DNA of 64,000 bases, taken from positions 1,116 to 65,115 of the forward strand of contig JACPSW010000006.1 of the NCBI GenBank assembly GCA_016193045.1, in the 5' to 3' direction. This stretch comes from Candidatus Rokuibacteriota bacterium. GTDB lineage: Bacteria; Methylomirabilota; Methylomirabilia; Rokubacteriales; CSP1-6. The translations under genes and the position numbers were made by a program. Positions 60,031-64,000 of this stretch are shown here, in pieces. The notes beneath the pieces are model-generated. The model was given only the letters and a program-made list of their open reading frames with translations, made no database searches and was not told the origin of the DNA. Each line of letters starts with the position of its first letter. Within the stretch, counting starts at the first letter, position 1.

Positions 60031-60593
60031 GGGGTCCGCTCGAGCTCGGCGATGGCGTCGGTGACGATCTTTCGGTGCTCCTCGCCGCGAAGGCTCTTCC
60101 GGATGAGCCGCTCCGCCGCCGAGACCGCCAGGTTCGCCACCTCCTGGCGGAGCTCCTGCCGGGCCCGCCGGACATCCTGCTCGACCTCGGCGCGGGCGCC
60201 CTCCACCAGCCGCCCCGCCTCGGCGCGGGCGGCCTCCACGAGGCGCCGCTGCTCCGCCGCCGCCTCCTTGAGCGCCGCCTCGCGAATCGACTGGGCCTCG
60301 GCGTAGGCCGCCTGGAGCTGCTTCCGGTGCTCCTCCCGCTGGCGCTCGGCTTCGGCCTGCGCCGCCTGCGCCTCCGAGAGCGACTTCCGGATCGCCTGGG
60401 AGCGCTCGTCGAGCTTGGCCAGGAAGGGCCGGTAGAGAAACTTCCAGAGGAAAAACAAGAGGAGAACGAAGTTGACGATCTGGATCAGGAGGGATCGGTC
60501 CAGGTTGATGAAGCCCCCGCCCTCCTCCGAGGCAAGGGCGAGCCCCGGGGCCAGCCCCAAAAGGAGCGTGATTCCCCCTAAGACCTTAGACAT
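60027..60593 (-). CDS. atpF: Fo ATP synthase b subunit
   Basis: Signal-anchor then long charged coiled coil (AEAERQREEHRKQLQAAYAE). Start taken at the MSKVLGG methionine. Confidence 0.85.
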   Translation of the reverse strand: MSKVLGGITLLLGLAPGLALASEEGGGFINLDRSLLIQIVNFVLLLFFLWKFLYRPFLAKLDERSQAIRKSLSEAQAAQAEAERQREEHRKQLQAAYAEAQSIREAALKEAAAEQRRLVEAARAEAGRLVEGARAEVEQDVRRARQELRQEVANLAVSAAERLIRKSLRGEEHRKIVTDAIAELERTP

Positions 60594-60676
60594 GCGTGAA
60601 ATTCTCCGGTCCGAAGGCGTTGTGAAAAGAGGAGCAAGCAAAACACTAGACAAATATCACGCGTGCGAGAAACCTG

Positions 60677-61780
60677 TCAAGGCCTGGTGATGATCCCGCC
60701 CCCGATCACCTGCGCCCCATCATAGAACACCACCGACTGCCCCGGGGTCACGGCGCGCTGGGGCTCCTCGAAGTGGACCTCGACGCACCGCTTCCCGGGC
60801 TCTGCCCGGGGGCCGGCCAGCGGGCGGACCTCCGCGGGCGCCGGCGCGTGGCTGTGGCGGATCTTGGCTGTCACCCGGAGCGCCTCGTCCGGCCAGTCGA
60901 ACGGGATGAAGTTGGCCGCCGTCGCCACGAGGTGCTGGCTCTCCAGGCCCGCCGCCTCCCCCACGACGACGGCATTCCGCTCCGGGTCCAGGGCGAGCAC
61001 GTAGAGCGGCCGCTCGGAGGTCACGCCGAGGCCGCGCCGCTGGCCCACGGTGTAAGCCGCGAGCCCCTGGTGCTCCCCCAGCCGCCGCCCCGCCCGATCC
61101 ACGATCGGCCCGGGACGGAACGCGTCGGGAATCCGGCGCCGTAGGAACCCCCGGTAGTCGTCGTCGGGAATGAAGCAGATCTCCATGCTCTCGGGCTTGT
61201 CCGCCACGGGCAGCCCGAGGGCGCGGGCCTTGGCGCGCACCTCCTCCTTGTGGAGCGCCCCGACCGGGAATTCAGCCGCAGCGAGCTGCGCCTGGGTCAG
61301 CGGCCAGAGAAAATCCGACTGGTCCTTCCGGGGATCCCGCCCGCGGAACAAGAGGCGCCGGCCGGTCCGCGGATCTCGCTCCAGGCGCGCGTAGTGCCCG
61401 GTGGCGACCGCCGTGGCCTCCCAGGCGCGCGCCCGGCGGAGCAGCGACCCGAACTTGAGTTCCTGGTTGCATATGACGCAGGGCACCGGCGTTCGCCCCG
61501 CCCGGTACTCGCGGGCGAAGTTGTCGATGACCGTCCGGTCGAACTCGCGCTCCGAGTTGAGCAGGTAGTACGGGATCCCCAGCCGGCGCGCGACCTGCCG
61601 CGCGTCGTCCACGGTCTGGGGCGAGCAGCAACTGCCGAAGCGCCGGGGCGCGTCCTCGGGCTCCTGCCACGGCCACACGCGGAGCGTGACCCCCACGACG
61701 TCGTGCCCCTGCTCGACCAGGAGCGCGGCGGCCACCGACGAATCAACGCCGCCGCTCATCCCGACGACGATGCGCTTCGT
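60677..61780 (-). CDS. mnmA: tRNA 2-thiouridine synthase MnmA
   Basis: RIVVGMSGGVDSSVAA P-loop. CVICNQELKFG. GTG start. The N-terminal part of the ORF is non-coding. Confidence 0.9.
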   Translation of the reverse strand, partial: TKRIVVGMSGGVDSSVAAALLVEQGHDVVGVTLRVWPWQEPEDAPRRFGSCCSPQTVDDARQVARRLGIPYYLLNSEREFDRTVIDNFAREYRAGRTPVPCVICNQELKFGSLLRRARAWEATAVATGHYARLERDPRTGRRLLFRGRDPRKDQSDFLWPLTQAQLAAAEFPVGALHKEEVRAKARALGLPVADKPESMEICFIPDDDYRGFLRRRIPDAFRPGPIVDRAGRRLGEHQGLAAYTVGQRRGLGVTSERPLYVLALDPERNAVVVGEAAGLESQHLVATAANFIPFDWPDEALRVTAKIRHSHAPAPAEVRPLAGPRAEPGKRCVEVHFEEPQRAVTPGQSVVFYDGAQVIGGGIITRP

Positions 61781-62622
61781 CACCGGATCCGGCTCCCCGA
61801 GATCTGCTCGACCAGCCGCTCGAGCTCTTCGCGCGAGGCATAGACGATCTCGATGCGGCCTCGGCGGTCCGACCCCACCAGGCGCACGCGCGTCGCCAGG
61901 CGCTCGCGAAGCTGATCCTCGAGGGCGGTCAGCTCGGCGGCGCGGCGCGGCGCCCGCCGTGGGATGTGGCTCCGCTGGACCCCTTCCTCCGTCGTGCGCA
62001 CCGACCACGAGTGGGCGAGGATCTCCTCCCGGAGCTTCAGCTGGTCGGCCGCCGAGGTCAGCGAGAGGAGCGCCCGCGCGTGGCCCATCGTGAGCCTGCC
62101 GGCTCTGAGATCATCCTGGATGACCGCCGGGAGCTTCAGGAGGCGCAGGCAATTGGCGATCGAGCTCCGATCCTTCCCCACGCGCCCGGCCAGCTCCTCC
62201 TGGGTCCACCCGAACTCCGCGAGCAAACGCTGGTAGGCTTCCGCTTCCTCCATGGGATTGAGATCCTCGCGGAGCAGATTCTCGACGAGGGCGAGCTCGA
62301 GACTCTCAGCGTCCGTCGCCTCGCGGATCACCGCCGGGACCCGCTCGAGGCCCGCCAGCTTGGCGGCGCGGAGCCGTCGCTCGCCGACGATCAGTTGATA
62401 GCCGCTCCCCGCCCGCCGCACGACCACGGGCTGGAGGATCCCGGACTGGCGCATGGAGGCGGAGAGTTCTTGTAACCCACTAATATTAAAGGATTTTCTC
62501 GGTTGGTTCGGGTTGGGGCCAATCTCCTCGATGCGAAGCTCCCGGAGGGTCTCCCCTTCTGCGGGGCTCGTGGAAAGCAGCGCGCCCAGTCCTCTCCCCA
62601 GCCCCCGCTTAGTCATGGGCAA
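61780..62622 (-). CDS. parB: Chromosome partitioning protein ParB (Spo0J)
   Basis: KRGLGRGLGALL...LQPVVVRR...GERRLRAAKLAGL. Confidence 0.9.
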   Translation of the reverse strand: MPMTKRGLGRGLGALLSTSPAEGETLRELRIEEIGPNPNQPRKSFNISGLQELSASMRQSGILQPVVVRRAGSGYQLIVGERRLRAAKLAGLERVPAVIREATDAESLELALVENLLREDLNPMEEAEAYQRLLAEFGWTQEELAGRVGKDRSSIANCLRLLKLPAVIQDDLRAGRLTMGHARALLSLTSAADQLKLREEILAHSWSVRTTEEGVQRSHIPRRAPRRAAELTALEDQLRERLATRVRLVGSDRRGRIEIVYASREELERLVEQISGSRIR

Positions 62623-63427
62623 GCACCTCCTTGGTCAGTTCCAGGTAGGCCAGGGCGCCACTCGATCGCAGGTCGTAGAGGAGAATGGGCTTGCCGTGGC
62701 TCGGCGCCTCTGAGAGCCGGACGTTGCGTGGGATGACGGTCTGAAAGATCTGGCCACTAAAATAGCGGTGAACCTCCGCCTTCACCTGCCCGGCCAGGCT
62801 CGTCCGCCCATCGAACATCGTCAGGACGATGCCCTCCACCTCGAGCCGTGCATTCACGCGATCCCTCACGAGCCGGATGGTCTTCAGGAGCTGGGCGAGC
62901 CCCTCCAGGGCGTAGAACTCGCACTGAAGTGGAACCAGCGCCGAATCCGCAGCGGTGAGGGCGTTGACGGTCAGGAGTCCGAGGGACGGCGGACAGTCCA
63001 GCAGAACATAGTCGAACTTGCCCCTCAGCACCTCGAGCGCGTCCTTCAGCTTGGATTCCCTTCCCGGAAGCCCCACCAGCTCCACTTCAGCGCCGACCAG
63101 GTCGATGTCGGCGGGCACCAGGAAGAGATTGGGAACGGCCGTCTCGCGGACCGCCTTCTCCAGGGGCTCCCCGCCCAGCAAAACGTGATAGATCGTGGGA
63201 TAGAGCGCCTCCTTCGACAGGCCGAGGCCCGTGGTGGCATTCCCCTGAGGGTCGAGATCCACCAACAGCGTGGGGCGCTCCACTACGGCGAGTCCCGCGG
63301 CGAGATTCACCGCCGTCGTGGTCTTGCCGACTCCCCCCTTCTGGTTGACGACCGCCACCACCCGTCCCACCAACTCCCCCTGGCGTTTCACGTGGAACAT
63401 GCCTTCGCAACGTTGCACGTGAAACAT
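62609..63427 (-). CDS. parA: Chromosome partitioning ATPase ParA (Soj)
   Basis: VVAVVNQKGGVGKTTTAVNLAAGLA Walker A'. The start is ambiguous between ATGs at 63427 and 63400 because of a 27-nt near-duplication (EGMFHVQRC/EGMFHVKRQ). Confidence 0.88.
   Translation of the reverse strand: MFHVQRCEGMFHVKRQGELVGRVVAVVNQKGGVGKTTTAVNLAAGLAVVERPTLLVDLDPQGNATTGLGLSKEALYPTIYHVLLGGEPLEKAVRETAVPNLFLVPADIDLVGAEVELVGLPGRESKLKDALEVLRGKFDYVLLDCPPSLGLLTVNALTAADSALVPLQCEFYALEGLAQLLKTIRLVRDRVNARLEVEGIVLTMFDGRTSLAGQVKAEVHRYFSGQIFQTVIPRNVRLSEAPSHGKPILLYDLRSSGALAYLELTKEVLAHD
63385..63425. promoter_or_regulatory. 10-bp perfect dyad GTTTCACGTG ...21 nt... CACGTGAAAC spanning the parA start region
   Basis: 63385-63394 and 63416-63425. 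Each arm contains a CACGTG palindrome. Overlaps both candidate parA start codons. Confidence 0.35.
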
Positions 63428-63431
63428 ACCC

Positions 63432-64000
63432 TCAATCGGCTTTTTCGACAAGCAAAAATAGCCGCTTACCGATCTTCGCGTGGGTTGAAACGGATTCCCA
63501 CCGGCAGGGAGTGTCCGGGGGGAGGCGAGGAAGCGCCTTCCCCACCGGAGGACCGGAGGCAATAAACCAACCACCAGGCCTCAAAAACGCCATAGCCACC
63601 GGGAAGATGGAGGGGAGGGGGGCCGCGGCCCTCGTCACAACCGCATCGAAGGCGGACCGAAGCTCGGATGCCGCTTCGACCAGGTCCTCGGCCCGCCCTT
63701 CGAGCACCGAGACCCCTTCCAGGCAGAGCTCTCTCACGACCGCGGTCAGAAAAGAGACCCGGCGGCGGCGGGCTTCGACCAACGTGAGCGTGATCTCGGG
63801 CTTGACGATCTTCAGCGGGAGACCTGGAATCCCGGCTCCGGCGCCGAGATCGAGCACCCGTGCCGGCCCCGGTGGCACCCACCGGAGAAAGAGGAGCGAG
63901 TCGAGGAAAAGCTTTTCAACGATGTCGGCCGGCCGCCGGTAACTCGTCAGATGCTGCACGCGATTCCACTGGAGCAGAAGCCGGAGGTAGCGGGAGAAGG
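63432..64000 (-). CDS. rsmG: 16S rRNA m7G527 methyltransferase RsmG (GidB), N-terminus beyond the window end
   Basis: VLDLGAGAGIPGLPLKIV SAM motif. The ORF stays open to the window edge. Confidence 0.85.
   Translation of the reverse strand, partial: FSRYLRLLLQWNRVQHLTSYRRPADIVEKLFLDSLLFLRWVPPGPARVLDLGAGAGIPGLPLKIVKPEITLTLVEARRRRVSFLTAVVRELCLEGVSVLEGRAEDLVEAASELRSAFDAVVTRAAAPLPSIFPVAMAFLRPGGWFIASGPPVGKALPRLPPDTPCRWESVSTHAKIGKRLFLLVEKAD

Overview
This is a high-GC (about 68-70%) bacterial chromosomal segment, probably from an uncultivated soil or groundwater lineage. Lower-GC insertions (about 50-58%) interrupt the core. The 3' end of the window carries conserved origin-proximal genes (rsmG-parA-parB-mnmA, then atpFHAGDC) together with rph/rdgB, amiC, smpB-ssrA, tRNA-Leu and tRNA-Pro. 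The densest signalling content is five histidine kinases, several receiver proteins, a REC-adenylate cyclase and an HD-GYP protein.

The most striking locus is at 0.25-9.2 kb. A Cache/HAMP/GAF HisKA_3 kinase, a NarL-type regulator and an orphan receiver are followed by two di-heme cytochrome c peroxidase (MauG/CCP) genes. These are translationally coupled to a TAT-exported Rieske subunit and an AioA/IdrA-type molybdopterin oxidoreductase with the C-X2-C-X3-C [3Fe-4S] motif. I read this as an iodate-reductase-like (IdrABP1P2-like) oxyanion module with an arsenite-oxidase-like gene order and a dedicated two-component regulator. The combination looks undescribed.

Three lower-GC insertions are present: 9.2-23.9 kb, 31.0-33.3 kb and 38.2-39.3 kb. 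Each is bounded by a copy of a roughly 90-bp repeat family that begins exactly at the T-run of a hairpin terminator. Two copies sit directly after 5' halves of chromosomal tRNA genes (Asp-GTC, Arg-TCT) broken in the anticodon stem. Two islands end with AlpA/Xis-like HTH genes, one of them degenerate. The islands carry decayed IS21 (istA/istB) and rve transposase remnants and a truncated PIMT-fusion gene. They also carry an Xre-type antitoxin-like gene, a secreted MBL hydrolase next to a small secreted peptide, a CarboxypepD_reg/c-heme/beta-propeller protein, a GAF kinase with a NarL regulator, an S49-like protease module and a GNAT gene.

Many genes carry apparent frameshifts or internal stops (istA, sugar SBP, giant hybrid kinase, HD-GYP with a perfect 20-bp tandem duplication, PIMT-like). 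Either the region is decaying or the assembly has homopolymer indel errors. This has to be settled before calling anything a pseudogene.

The six-frame track uses alternative start codons, so several starts were re-placed by hand. All coordinates from manual counting are approximate to a few nucleotides.
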